DNA of 64,000 bases from an uncultured Saprospiraceae bacterium (GTDB lineage: Bacteria > Bacteroidota > Bacteroidia > Chitinophagales > Saprospiraceae). The stretch lies in assembly GCA_937928405.1 (NCBI GenBank), contig CALFWZ010000143.1, forward strand, positions 3,208-67,207, written 5' to 3'. Below the pieces are notes generated by a model, which saw only the letters and a program-made list of their open reading frames with translations, did no database searches and had not been told where the DNA came from. A program made the position numbers and the translations under genes. Shown here piece by piece: positions 10,049-18,771 of this stretch. Position 1 is the first letter of the stretch; the number at the start of each line of letters is the position of its first letter.

Positions 10049-10056
10049 TATCTTTG
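10049..10056 (+). promoter_or_regulatory. Candidate -7 promoter box (TATCTTTG)
   Basis: Exact TAnnTTTG match 50 nt upstream of the antiporter ATG. It is followed by an 8-bp stem hairpin, GCCCAATA(10061-10068)/TATTGGGC(10088-10095). Confidence 0.4.
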
Positions 10057-10105
10057 CGCCGCCCAATATTAACAAGTTGTTTAAACCTATTGGGCAGCAA
10101 TTAAC

Positions 10106-11035
10106 ATGGAAGAGATTTTAATGTACCTGGGTATATTTATCATTAGTCTGATCGTCCTTTTAAAGGCATCAGATTACTTTATCGAATCTGCCGAAAAGAT
10201 TGGTCTCTCTCTTGGTATTTCACCTTTTATCATTGGAGTAACAATCGTTGCGTTTGGGACATCCCTTCCAGAGCTAGCGACTTCTATTGCCTCCGTTCTA
10301 GCCAATGACTCTGCCATTGTGGTCAGTAACGTGGTTGGTTCTAATATTACCAATATTGCCTTGGTCTTGGGATTGGTGGCAGTCATCGGTCGAAAAATCG
10401 AACTAGAATACAATGTCTGGCACATAGATATGCCTTTCCTGTGGGGATCTGCCTTTTTGCTTTGGTTGGTCTTACAAGATGGTGTCTTTGCTTTCCACGA
10501 GTCGCTCCTCTTTTTAGCGGGAATTATCCTCTTTTTGGCCTATTCTTTTAAAGCCGATAAAGCCGATGAAAGTGAACGCCCTTCCGTAGCTCCCATCACC
10601 TATTTGGTTTTAGTTGGAGGCGGAATTGGCGTGTGGCTAGGAGCAGAATATACGATTGTAGCTGTTAAAGAATTATCTCTAAAAGCGGGCATCAGCTCTG
10701 AATTGATTGCTCAAACGGTCATCGCGTTTGGTACTTCGCTACCAGAGATCGTGGTAAGTATCGCCGCTGTCCGTAAGGGGCAAGCAGGCATTGCGATTGG
10801 TAATGTGCTAGGCTCTAATATTTTCAATACTTATATTGTGATGGCCATCCCTTCTTTTTTTGGTAGTCTGGTTATTCCTTCTATCATCATGAAAACCAGT
10901 ATTCCGATCATGATCATGCTAACCATCCTTTTCGGAATTATTACCAATAATCGTAAAATCACCCGTTGGGAAGGATTTTTACTCCTTATGTTCTATGCTT
11001 ACTTTTTAATGGATAATATCAATCGGGTGATTTAG
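10106..11035 (+). CDS. Calcium/sodium antiporter, CaCA family (YrbG-like)
   Basis: Duplicated alpha-repeat motifs GTSLPELATSI and GTSLPEIVVSI, with about 10 TM helices. Confidence 0.85.
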   Translation: MEEILMYLGIFIISLIVLLKASDYFIESAEKIGLSLGISPFIIGVTIVAFGTSLPELATSIASVLANDSAIVVSNVVGSNITNIALVLGLVAVIGRKIELEYNVWHIDMPFLWGSAFLLWLVLQDGVFAFHESLLFLAGIILFLAYSFKADKADESERPSVAPITYLVLVGGGIGVWLGAEYTIVAVKELSLKAGISSELIAQTVIAFGTSLPEIVVSIAAVRKGQAGIAIGNVLGSNIFNTYIVMAIPSFFGSLVIPSIIMKTSIPIMIMLTILFGIITNNRKITRWEGFLLLMFYAYFLMDNINRVI

Positions 11036-11070
11036 AGATTGTTGAACTGTTGAATCGTTGATTTGTTGAG
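11036..11070 (+). repeat. G/T-rich TTGAA-type degenerate tandem repeat directly after a stop codon
   Basis: The sequence agattgttgaactgttgaatcgttgatttgttgag begins at the first base after the TAG at 11033-11035. Confidence 0.75.
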
Positions 11071-11182
11071 TCTACTTTTCGTATCTACAAGTGGAATTAT
11101 AAACTCATATTTTCTCCCTACTGTTATCGGCGGATAACCATAGCGGTGCCTCATCTAGAGAATCTGAAAGATGCTACTTTTG

Positions 11183-11329
11183 TTATAGATATTTTTTCGT
11201 TAGGTTATGAAGTGCCATCGCATAACACGCTGGAATCCGTATTTCTTCATTACATCCCGCGTAAATTCTTTTCGCTTCTATTGCCAATTGATATCTTGCA
11301 TTATCGTAAGAAATATTATTAGCATCCAT
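11183..11329 (-). CDS. Small hypothetical ORF (48 aa), below the ORF-track cutoff
   Basis: My own translation gives MDANNISYDNARYQLAIEAKRIYAGCNEEIRIPACYAMALHNLTKKYL*. I recognise no homology, and it lies between the two inverted repeat arrays. Confidence 0.15.
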   Translation of the reverse strand: MDANNISYDNARYQLAIEAKRIYAGCNEEIRIPACYAMALHNLTKKYL

Positions 11330-11576
11330 TAATTCTCACCATAAAGGATTTTGATAATATTTGGCTTACATTGCTTTTTGACTAAGACATAATAAGCATA
11401 AATCCTCTTTTGTTCGATTTGTATTTTCCATTAAACAGTTTTTTCCAATAGCACTAAAATAGATAACTAGCAATTGAAATCCTATAACCACAGAAGCGGA
11501 AGTAACTGATTAACTGTGAAATAATAGGGAGTTTATTGAATTATAGAGATTTTACAGCATTTAGTTTACTAATTAA

Positions 11577-11610
11577 TTCAACGATTCAACAGTTCAACGA
11601 TTCAACATTT
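11577..11610 (-). repeat. TTGAA-type repeat array, inverted copy
   Basis: ttcaacgattcaacagttcaacgattcaacattt is the reverse complement of the motif at 11036-11070. It lies just downstream (in gene sense) of the rpsT terminator. Confidence 0.75.
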
Positions 11611-11618
11611 TTCAAACC

Positions 11619-11657
11619 AAAAAAAGTGTATACCGATTACTCAGTATACACTTTTTA
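11619..11657 (-). terminator. Rho-independent (bidirectional) terminator of rpsT
   Basis: Perfect hairpin AAAAAGTGTATAC-loop-GTATACACTTTTT, with a run of 7 T on the minus strand, 21 nt after the rpsT stop. Confidence 0.8.
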
Positions 11658-11677
11658 CTTTCTTACTAAAAGAAACA

Positions 11678-11932
11678 TTATCCCAGCTTATTTACCAGTA
11701 AAGTTAAAGAACTCTTTAGGTTAGCTGCTTTGTTATTGTGCCAGATATTCTTCTTAGCCAATCGATCTACCATAGAAACTACCTTAGGTAAAAATTTCTT
11801 AGCCTCCGCCGCATCTTCCATACCACGTAGCTTTTGGATAGCCGAACGAGTGGTTTTCTTGTAATAACGGTTACGGATTCGCTTAACTGCGTCCTGACGT
11901 ACTCTTTTCTTTGCAGACTTATGATTAGCCAT
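11678..11932 (-). CDS. rpsT: 30S ribosomal protein S20
   Basis: 84 aa; the N-terminus MANHKSAKKRVRQDAVKRIRNRYYK is canonical for S20. Confidence 0.95.
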   Translation of the reverse strand: MANHKSAKKRVRQDAVKRIRNRYYKKTTRSAIQKLRGMEDAAEAKKFLPKVVSMVDRLAKKNIWHNNKAANLKSSLTLLVNKLG

Positions 11933-11989
11933 ATCTATTAAAATATCTTAAATTTTAAAAAAATCCTTTCAATTCCTTGAAATGGAGTG

Positions 11990-11997
11990 CAAAGCTA
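11990..11997 (-). promoter_or_regulatory. Candidate -7 promoter box for rpsT (TAGCTTTG on minus strand)
   Basis: Plus-strand caaagcta is TAGCTTTG on the minus strand, about 58 nt upstream of the rpsT ATG. Confidence 0.4.
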
Positions 11998-12032
11998 AGA
12001 CTTTTTAAGTAATTATGGAAATAATCTCTCGT

Positions 12033-12197
12033 TTATTTTTTTCCTAAAATCATGGCAAATAAGCCAGTAATCTGTTCGAAAAAATTACCAAAAATCTTTC
12101 CTATCGACCGAGTTTGGTCAATTTGAGCAAAAAGTCTCATTTCTGAACCATCAGGCATCTGGTGATCCTCTTCTAATTCTTCAAAACTGTTTTTCAT
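12033..12197 (-). CDS. Small hypothetical ORF (54 aa)
   Basis: My own translation gives MKNSFEELEEDHQMPDGSEMRLFAQIDQTRSIGKIFGNFFEQITGLFAMILGKK*, with an acidic N-terminus and a hydrophobic C-terminus. I recognise no family. Confidence 0.2.
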   Translation of the reverse strand: MKNSFEELEEDHQMPDGSEMRLFAQIDQTRSIGKIFGNFFEQITGLFAMILGKK

Positions 12198-12563
12198 ATC
12201 TTTCTTATTTAAGCTGTGTGTAATTTTCTATTATAGGTATTCTATACACCATATGACAAATAAATGAAATCAAAAGTTCCTTTTATTTATTGTAAAAATA
12301 GCTGGTATACTGCAAAAATTCGTTTGAATTGTCTAAAAATGGTCTTTGTATCTAAATGTTTGGGTCGGAAGAGAGGCTATTTGGGTAGTCACTAATCTAT
12401 AAATAAAGTCATTTTATTAGCGTAATAAACCAAAATCTAAGTAATTATAGTAAATTGCACATTAATATAATTACAATATTTGATACCCCATTTAGACGGA
12501 ACAAATCTATTAAAGTCTCGTTTTTCAAAAAAAATATTTTATAATATAAAAAATTCATCACTC

Positions 12564-15359
12564 ATGAGTGATTTCTCTTACGTATTTAACGCCCATCCCT
12601 CCTATATTGAGTCCCTTTACAAGCAGTACCAGGACAATCCCGAATCAGTCGAAGATGGCTGGCGTACTTTTTTTGCCGGATTTGAGTTTTCCGAACAGGA
12701 TACCAAATCTCTCACTAATGGCATATCAACAACAAATGGTACCACCAACGGTATTCACAACGGAAAAACCGCTTCGATAGCTGGCACAAATGACCGTAAA
12801 AAGGAGTTCGGCGTCATGTCTATCATTCACGGATACCGAAGTCGAGGACATCTTCTTTCTAAGACCAATCCTATCCGAGAGCGACGAGATCGTAAGCCAC
12901 ACCTTGACCTTAATGATTATAATCTTTCTGAAGCTGACCAGGAGCAGGTCTTTCAGGCTGGTAAAGAAATAGGGATGCAAAACGCTACGCTAAAGCAGAT
13001 CCTTGAACGACTCCGTACTATTTATACAGGTAGCATCGGATACGAATACGCGCATATTGAAAAACGCGAAAAAAGAATGTGGCTGCGCGATAAAATCGAA
13101 AATCGCCCCTTGGGAGATGATTACGGTCTTTCAGTAGAAAAGAAAAAGAGAATCTTAGAAAAGCTCAACGGTGCCGTCGGTTTTGAAGATTTCTTACACA
13201 CAAAATATATTGGTCAAAAACGTTTTTCCCTCGAAGGTGGTGAAACGACCATCGCCGCACTCGACGCCATCATCAACAAAGGGGCTGCCGATAAAGTAGA
13301 AGAAGTAATTATCGGTATGGCTCACCGAGGACGATTGAATGTCCTAGCCAACATCATGGGTAAAACCTATGGCCATATCTTCAATGAATTTGAAGGTACC
13401 GCCCTGCCCGATCTTAGTTTCGGTGACGGAGATGTAAAATACCATCTTGGATTTTCTTCGCAAGTAACTACTCCAGAGGGGAATAAAATTCACCTCAAAC
13501 TTGTACCTAACCCTTCGCACTTAGAAAGTGTAGATCCAGTTGTAGAAGGCTTTTCTCGTGCGAAAGCAGATATCCTATACGATAATGACTACGATAGAAT
13601 TCTCCCCATTTTAATTCACGGAGATGCCGCTGCCGCTGGACAGGGTGTTGTTTACGAAACGGTTCAGATGAGTCAGCTCGACGGTTATCACACCGGAGGA
13701 ACGATTCATTTTGTAATCAATAACCAAGTAGGATTTACCACCGATTTTGATGAAGCGCGTTCTTCTACTTATTCTACCGCCGCTGCCAGTCTAGTGCAAG
13801 CACCCGTTTTTCATGTTAATGGTGATGATCCCGAAGCGGTGATTTTTGCCGTAGAATTAGCGACTGAATATCGACAGAAATTTAATAATGATGTCTTTAT
13901 TGATATGGTTTGTTACCGTAAGCATGGACACAACGAGGGAGATGATCCAAAATTTACGCAGCCAGAGATGTATAAGTTCATCAAAGAACACAAAGATCCT
14001 CGCGCGCTCTATTCTCAAAAACTCATTGATCGAGGAGAAGTAGATAAAGCATTGGCAGAAAATATGGAAAAGTCTTTCTGGAATGATTTACAGAATAGAC
14101 TAGATGAGGTTCGACAAAAACCACTTCCTTACGAATATCAAGAGACGGAATTATCTTGGAAAGCTTTACGTAATGCAAATGATCAAGACTTTCTCGTTTC
14201 ACCAAAAACGGGAATCGACAAAAATACCATGGAAAAAATCATCAACCACTTGATGACCATTCCCGCTGATTTTAATGCTTTACCTAAAATCAATCGTCTA
14301 CTGAAAGGGAAGCAAAAACTCCTCGACGCGGGAGTCCTTGACTGGGCCATGGCCGAGCTGATGGCTTACAGTAGTATCTTGTTAGAAAACAAAGATGTTA
14401 GAATGAGTGGTCAAGACGTTCGACGAGGTACTTTCTCTCACCGACACGCAGTGCTCAACGATGTCAAAGAATATGGCAAAGTATACAATCGAATAAACTC
14501 TATTGAGAAAAAACAGGGAAAATATCGAATTTATAACTCTTTACTCTCCGAGTTTGCCGTACTAGGTTTTGAATACGGTTATTCGCTGGCGAATCCCAAT
14601 ACATTGGTTATTTGGGAAGGACAATTTGGAGATTTTTACAATGGTGCACAAACGATTGTCGATCAATACATCGTTGCTGCCGAAAGTAAATGGAGAAGGA
14701 TGAGCGGACTGGTGATGTTACTTCCGCACGGAATGGAAGGTCAAGGACCAGAACACTCTAGTGCGCGTGTAGAACGGTTTTTACAGCAATGTGCTGAAAA
14801 CAATATGATCGTTGCCAACATCACTACACCAGCCAACTTCTTCCACGCCTTGCGTCGACAACTGGCTTGGCAATTTAGAAAACCAATGGTCGTCATGTCT
14901 CCAAAATCTTTATTGAGACATCCGCTTTGTGTTTCTAAAAAAGAAGCATTCACACCTGACAATAATTTCCAGGAATACTATGATGATCCAGCTGTAACTG
15001 ATAAGAATGCCAAAGATATTAAGCGGGTCCTTTTCTGTTCTGGAAAAATTTACTACGAATTACTAGCTAAAAAGCAGGAAGATAAACGTGATGATGTGGC
15101 CATTGTTCGTTTCGAACAACTGTATCCATTCCCACAGAAAAATATAGACGCACTGATGAAGCGTTATGCCACAGCAGAAAAATGTTGGGTACAGGAAGAA
15201 CCTGAAAACATGGGTCCTTGGCGGTATGTTTTTAGTCACCTAAAAATGACGGATGCTAGATATATTGGTCGTAAAGCCAAAGCTTCGCCCGCTTCCGGAT
15301 TTAAAAAAGTACACGACAAACAACAAAAACAAATCATAGACGACGCTTTTAAAAAGTAA
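12564..15359 (+). CDS. sucA: 2-oxoglutarate dehydrogenase E1 component
   Basis: The N-terminus MSDFSYVFNAHPSYIESLYKQYQDNP, the ThDP-binding region GDAAAAGQGVVYE and the block LLPHGMEGQGPEHSSAR are all typical. I prefer the ATG at 12564 over the TTG at 12480. Confidence 0.95.
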   Translation: MSDFSYVFNAHPSYIESLYKQYQDNPESVEDGWRTFFAGFEFSEQDTKSLTNGISTTNGTTNGIHNGKTASIAGTNDRKKEFGVMSIIHGYRSRGHLLSKTNPIRERRDRKPHLDLNDYNLSEADQEQVFQAGKEIGMQNATLKQILERLRTIYTGSIGYEYAHIEKREKRMWLRDKIENRPLGDDYGLSVEKKKRILEKLNGAVGFEDFLHTKYIGQKRFSLEGGETTIAALDAIINKGAADKVEEVIIGMAHRGRLNVLANIMGKTYGHIFNEFEGTALPDLSFGDGDVKYHLGFSSQVTTPEGNKIHLKLVPNPSHLESVDPVVEGFSRAKADILYDNDYDRILPILIHGDAAAAGQGVVYETVQMSQLDGYHTGGTIHFVINNQVGFTTDFDEARSSTYSTAAASLVQAPVFHVNGDDPEAVIFAVELATEYRQKFNNDVFIDMVCYRKHGHNEGDDPKFTQPEMYKFIKEHKDPRALYSQKLIDRGEVDKALAENMEKSFWNDLQNRLDEVRQKPLPYEYQETELSWKALRNANDQDFLVSPKTGIDKNTMEKIINHLMTIPADFNALPKINRLLKGKQKLLDAGVLDWAMAELMAYSSILLENKDVRMSGQDVRRGTFSHRHAVLNDVKEYGKVYNRINSIEKKQGKYRIYNSLLSEFAVLGFEYGYSLANPNTLVIWEGQFGDFYNGAQTIVDQYIVAAESKWRRMSGLVMLLPHGMEGQGPEHSSARVERFLQQCAENNMIVANITTPANFFHALRRQLAWQFRKPMVVMSPKSLLRHPLCVSKKEAFTPDNNFQEYYDDPAVTDKNAKDIKRVLFCSGKIYYELLAKKQEDKRDDVAIVRFEQLYPFPQKNIDALMKRYATAEKCWVQEEPENMGPWRYVFSHLKMTDARYIGRKAKASPASGFKKVHDKQQKQIIDDAFKK

Positions 15360-15386
15360 GTGTTGCAGTGATTTTGTTTAAAAAAT

Positions 15387-15423
15387 AAAAGCAGATTTAG
15401 TGTCTTACTAAATCTGCTTTTTT
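15387..15423 (+). terminator. Rho-independent terminator of sucA
   Basis: AAAAGCAGATTTAGT-gtctt-ACTAAATCTGCTTTTTT, located 28 nt after the stop. Confidence 0.85.
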
Positions 15424-15572
15424 ATTCCATAGGTTTGGTAAACCTTCTTAAATAAAAAATAATGATGAATCCTCTAAATGGTTTTCAAAAAGAAAAAATA
15501 ATCCATCCAAGGATAGGTTTGCTAAACCTAAGCTTGGCTTGTTAAGAGCTACATCTCTATTCCTCAATAAGA

Positions 15573-15612
15573 TTTCCTAAACCCTCTTCAATTGGTGAGG
15601 AGGTTTAGGAAA
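15573..15612. repeat. REP-like palindromic element (family copy 1)
   Basis: TTTCCTAAACC-CTCTTCAATTGGTGAGGA-GGTTTAGGAAA. Shorter related palindromes AGGTTTGGTAAACCT (15431-15445) and AGGTTTGCTAAACCT (15515-15529) lie just upstream. Confidence 0.8.
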
Positions 15613-15625
15613 CCGTGGATAAACC

Positions 15626-17737
15626 TTACTTCACCACAAATCCATTTCCCCATCCTTTCTCTGGACTCACAAAACAAAGGGCTCCTTTTTCGTTTTCCGC
15701 CATCAGGATCATTCCCTGTGATTCGATGCCTCGTAATTTTCGCGGAGCTAGATTGACCAGTAATAAAACTTGTTGACCAATCACTTTTTCTGCTTCGTAG
15801 TATTTTGCAATACCGGAAACGACGGTACGTTTTTCAGTACCTAAGTCTACCGTTAATTTAAGGAGTTTATCTGCTTTCTTTACTTTTTCTGCTTCGATGA
15901 TCGTTCCGGTCCGGAGATCCATTTTGGTAAAATCATCAAAAGTGATTTCTGGTTTGATCGGTTCGCGGTCATTGGCTTTTTCAGCCTCTAGAATCGCTGC
16001 TAGCTTTGCTTTTTGAGCATTGATCAAATCAAGACGACTGGTATCTTTACGGTCATTTATTTTGGCAAATAATAATTCTGGCTCGTTGATAACATGGTCG
16101 GATTGGTAGATTGACACACCGTTTTTAAGATTGGTATGTGCTTTTTCCCAATCTCCATTTCTTAACTCAGGTAGATTGATAAAACGTCGAATCTTAGCCG
16201 CAGAGAACGGTAAAAATGGCGCTACAAAAACACTCAATAATCCCACGATTTCTAGACAAGTAGCGAGACAATCTTTTACTTCGGTGCTATCTGGATTTTC
16301 TTTCCAAATCTTCCACGGAGAAACATCTTGTAAATACGTATTCCCATAACTAGAAATTTCATTGACCAGTTGAATGGCTACTTTAAAATTAAACCCTTCC
16401 AACGCCGTCTCTAGTTGTTCCGCTAATTTTTGAACAGGTGCAAGATGTAAGGCGGTCGCTACTGGTAGTTTTCCTTCATAATATTTCGTCGTCAAGACCG
16501 TTACTCGATTGATAAAATTTCCGAGGTTGGCAACTAATTCATTGTCATGAAATTCTACAAATTCATCCCATTTAAAATCAGCGTCTTTATTTTCAGGAAG
16601 GTTACGAATCAACGCATAACGCAACGCATCTTCTTTATTCGGAAACTCCTTAAACGTTTCTAAATAATCATTCTGCTCAATTCCCCACCCTCTTGATTTA
16701 GAAAATTTCTTTCCTTCAAAATTTAAAAACTGATTGGCCGGTACATTATGTGGTAAGATATAATCTCCGTGTGCTTTCAGCATAGATGGAAAAACAATAC
16801 AGTGAAAAACAATATTATCTTTTCCAATAAAATGAATCAAACGACTGTCTTCGCTTTTCCAATAATCTTCCCAATTTTTGCCGTGGTCTTCTGCCCACTG
16901 CTTGGTCGCTGAAATATAACCGATCGGTGCATCAAACCAAACATACAACACTTTTCCATCCGCTCCTTCCACAGGCACTTTAATTCCCCAATCCAAATCT
17001 CGGGTAATCGCTCGTGGATGTAAACCACCGTCGAGCCAAGACAAACATTGTCCGATCACGTGTTTTTTCCAAGCTTTTGTCTGATGTACTTTTTCACCAT
17101 CTACTTCTCCATTTTCGATCCATCCACGTAGCCATTGCTCGTGTTTGTCGAGTTTAAAATAATAATGCGTCGTAGATTTTAGCGTCGGTTTTTTTCCACT
17201 CAAAGTAGAAACTGGATCGATTAATTCAGAAGGCGACAAAGTAGAACCACAATTTTCACACTGATCGCCAAAAGCCTCGGTATGATTACATTTTGGACAA
17301 GTTCCTTTAATATAACGATCGGCTAAAAATTGATTGAATTCCTCGTCATAATATTGGTCAGAAGTTTTTTCTTCAAATTCACCACCTTGGTCGTAGAGTT
17401 TCTTGAAAAAATCTTGTGCGGTTTTATGATGCAATGGATCGCTAGTGCGGTGATAGATATCAAAAGAAATACCTAGGTTTTCAAAAGTCACCTTGTTGAG
17501 TTCGTGGTATTTATTGATAATGGCTTCCGGTGTTGTGCCTTCTTTTTTGGCCTGAATCGTAATAGCTGCTCCGTGTTCATCCGAGCCACAGACCCAAACG
17601 ACATCTTTGCCTTGCAGACGTAGATAGCGTACATAGATGTCTGCTGGCAGATAAGCACCCGCTAGATGTCCCAGATGGAGGGCACCATTTGCGTAAGGCA
17701 GTGCGGAAGTAATTATATATCGTTTTGGATCGTTCAT
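15626..17737 (-). CDS. metG: Methionine--tRNA ligase
   Basis: 703 aa with the HIGH motif (PYANGALHLGH), the KMSKS motif (KFSKSRG), a Zn knuckle (CPKCN...CENCG) and a C-terminal tRNA-binding (EMAP/Trbp111-like) domain. Confidence 0.95.
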   Translation of the reverse strand: MNDPKRYIITSALPYANGALHLGHLAGAYLPADIYVRYLRLQGKDVVWVCGSDEHGAAITIQAKKEGTTPEAIINKYHELNKVTFENLGISFDIYHRTSDPLHHKTAQDFFKKLYDQGGEFEEKTSDQYYDEEFNQFLADRYIKGTCPKCNHTEAFGDQCENCGSTLSPSELIDPVSTLSGKKPTLKSTTHYYFKLDKHEQWLRGWIENGEVDGEKVHQTKAWKKHVIGQCLSWLDGGLHPRAITRDLDWGIKVPVEGADGKVLYVWFDAPIGYISATKQWAEDHGKNWEDYWKSEDSRLIHFIGKDNIVFHCIVFPSMLKAHGDYILPHNVPANQFLNFEGKKFSKSRGWGIEQNDYLETFKEFPNKEDALRYALIRNLPENKDADFKWDEFVEFHDNELVANLGNFINRVTVLTTKYYEGKLPVATALHLAPVQKLAEQLETALEGFNFKVAIQLVNEISSYGNTYLQDVSPWKIWKENPDSTEVKDCLATCLEIVGLLSVFVAPFLPFSAAKIRRFINLPELRNGDWEKAHTNLKNGVSIYQSDHVINEPELLFAKINDRKDTSRLDLINAQKAKLAAILEAEKANDREPIKPEITFDDFTKMDLRTGTIIEAEKVKKADKLLKLTVDLGTEKRTVVSGIAKYYEAEKVIGQQVLLLVNLAPRKLRGIESQGMILMAENEKGALCFVSPEKGWGNGFVVK

Positions 17738-17909
17738 TTTTATTAATTTGGATGCGAAGATACGGGTTATCAGGGAGTAGGAAAAATATTACCTACTCAT
17801 TCTATAGATTTATTTCCTTTTCCCTAAACAGGATTGCGGCAATGGAAGTTCCTGTCTTTTTGAATCTGCCTTAAAAGCAGGGCCAATGCAAGCATCCTTG
17901 AGCGCCACT

Positions 17910-17951
17910 GTTTACTAAACCTCCTCACCAATTGAAGTGGGTTTAGTAAAC
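17910..17951. repeat. REP-like palindromic element (family copy 2, inverted relative to copy 1)
   Basis: GTTTACTAAACC-TCCTCACCAATTGAAGTG-GGTTTAGTAAAC. Its core is close to the reverse complement of 15573-15612. Confidence 0.8.
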
Positions 17952-18007
17952 ATCGAAGCGGTAGCACAAAATATTCTTAAATCCAAAACTCCTCTCAAAC
18001 TCTCTCA

Positions 18008-18074
18008 AAGTTTACTAAACTTGAGGTAAGTTTTACTAGAACAATCAACTCAGTCTTATAAAGTTTAGTAAACT
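18008..18074. repeat. Inverted repeat of the same arm sequence (AAGTTTACTAAACTT ... AAGTTTAGTAAACT)
   Basis: Arms lie at 18008-18022 and 18061-18074 and are 14/15 complementary, separated by a 38-nt spacer. Confidence 0.7.
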
Positions 18075-18221
18075 AAAACAACCTTATTATTTTCGTAAAA
18101 CCGCTATTTTTAATTTTTCTGGATTTATCCGAAAAGAAAGTTCTATTTTTGGTAGAAAGCTCAACGACCGTGTAAATTTTTCGGTAAACCTTTTATTTTT
18201 TTTATAATAAAAAGAAACTAA

Positions 18222-18677
18222 ATGATAGTGTTTAACATCCGCCAAATCTCAGCAGCCGCAACCATTCCATTACGTCACTCCGTCTTGCGTCCGCACCAAC
18301 CCATTTCCGCCTGTCATTATCCAGGCGATGATGACGAAGTCAATTTTCATATGGGTGCTTTTCACGATGAAACAATTATTTCGGTGGCCTCTTATTTTTT
18401 AGAAAAACATCCAGACTTAGATGGCGCTCCGCAATATCGTTTACGTGGGATGGCGACGAATCCAGATTTTCGTGGACAAGGTGCGGGCAGTCAGTTGCTC
18501 ACCAAAGGCAACGAAATTTTATTAAAAAAAGGTGTACCAGTCTGGTGGTGTAATGCACGGATTTCAGCAGCAGGATATTACGAAAAAGCGGGCCTTTCTC
18601 AGCTGGGGGATATTTTTGAAATTAAGCCGATTGGGATGCACAAGGTGATGTACCTTGCGTTGAGTAGCGGTGTTTAA
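18222..18677 (+). CDS. GNAT-family N-acetyltransferase
   Basis: 151 aa with the acetyl-CoA binding motif RGQGAGSQLL and the C-terminal ARISAAGYYEKAGL block. Confidence 0.8.
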   Translation: MIVFNIRQISAAATIPLRHSVLRPHQPISACHYPGDDDEVNFHMGAFHDETIISVASYFLEKHPDLDGAPQYRLRGMATNPDFRGQGAGSQLLTKGNEILLKKGVPVWWCNARISAAGYYEKAGLSQLGDIFEIKPIGMHKVMYLALSSGV

Positions 18678-18715
18678 GAAAGATGCTTGAGGTAGCGATG
18701 CTCGATATAACGATA

Positions 18716-18755
18716 TTTACTAAGCCCTCTTTTATTGGTGAGAAGGCTTAGTAAA
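18716..18755. repeat. REP-like palindromic element (family copy 3)
   Basis: TTTACTAAGCC-CTCTTTTATTGGTGAGAA-GGCTTAGTAAA, in the convergent intergenic gap 18678-18771. Confidence 0.75.
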
Positions 18756-18771
18756 CATTGTTCGAAATATC

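Noticed and set aside
11036-11610. Possibility that the short repeat arrays (also 186-290 and 22033-22075) are CRISPR arrays
   Set aside because: The units are only 5-11 nt, degenerate and contiguous, with no unique spacers of about 30 nt. There is no leader and there are no cas genes in the window.
12480-12563. TTG-initiated 28-codon extension of sucA
   Set aside because: The conserved E1o N-terminus starts at the ATG at 12564 (MSDFSYVFNAHPSYIESLY), and the extension is AT-rich leader-like sequence.
15360-15625. sucA lacking an adjacent sucB as a sign of rearrangement
   Set aside because: sucA has its own strong terminator, and unlinked E1/E2 genes are common. Nothing in the sequence suggests disruption.
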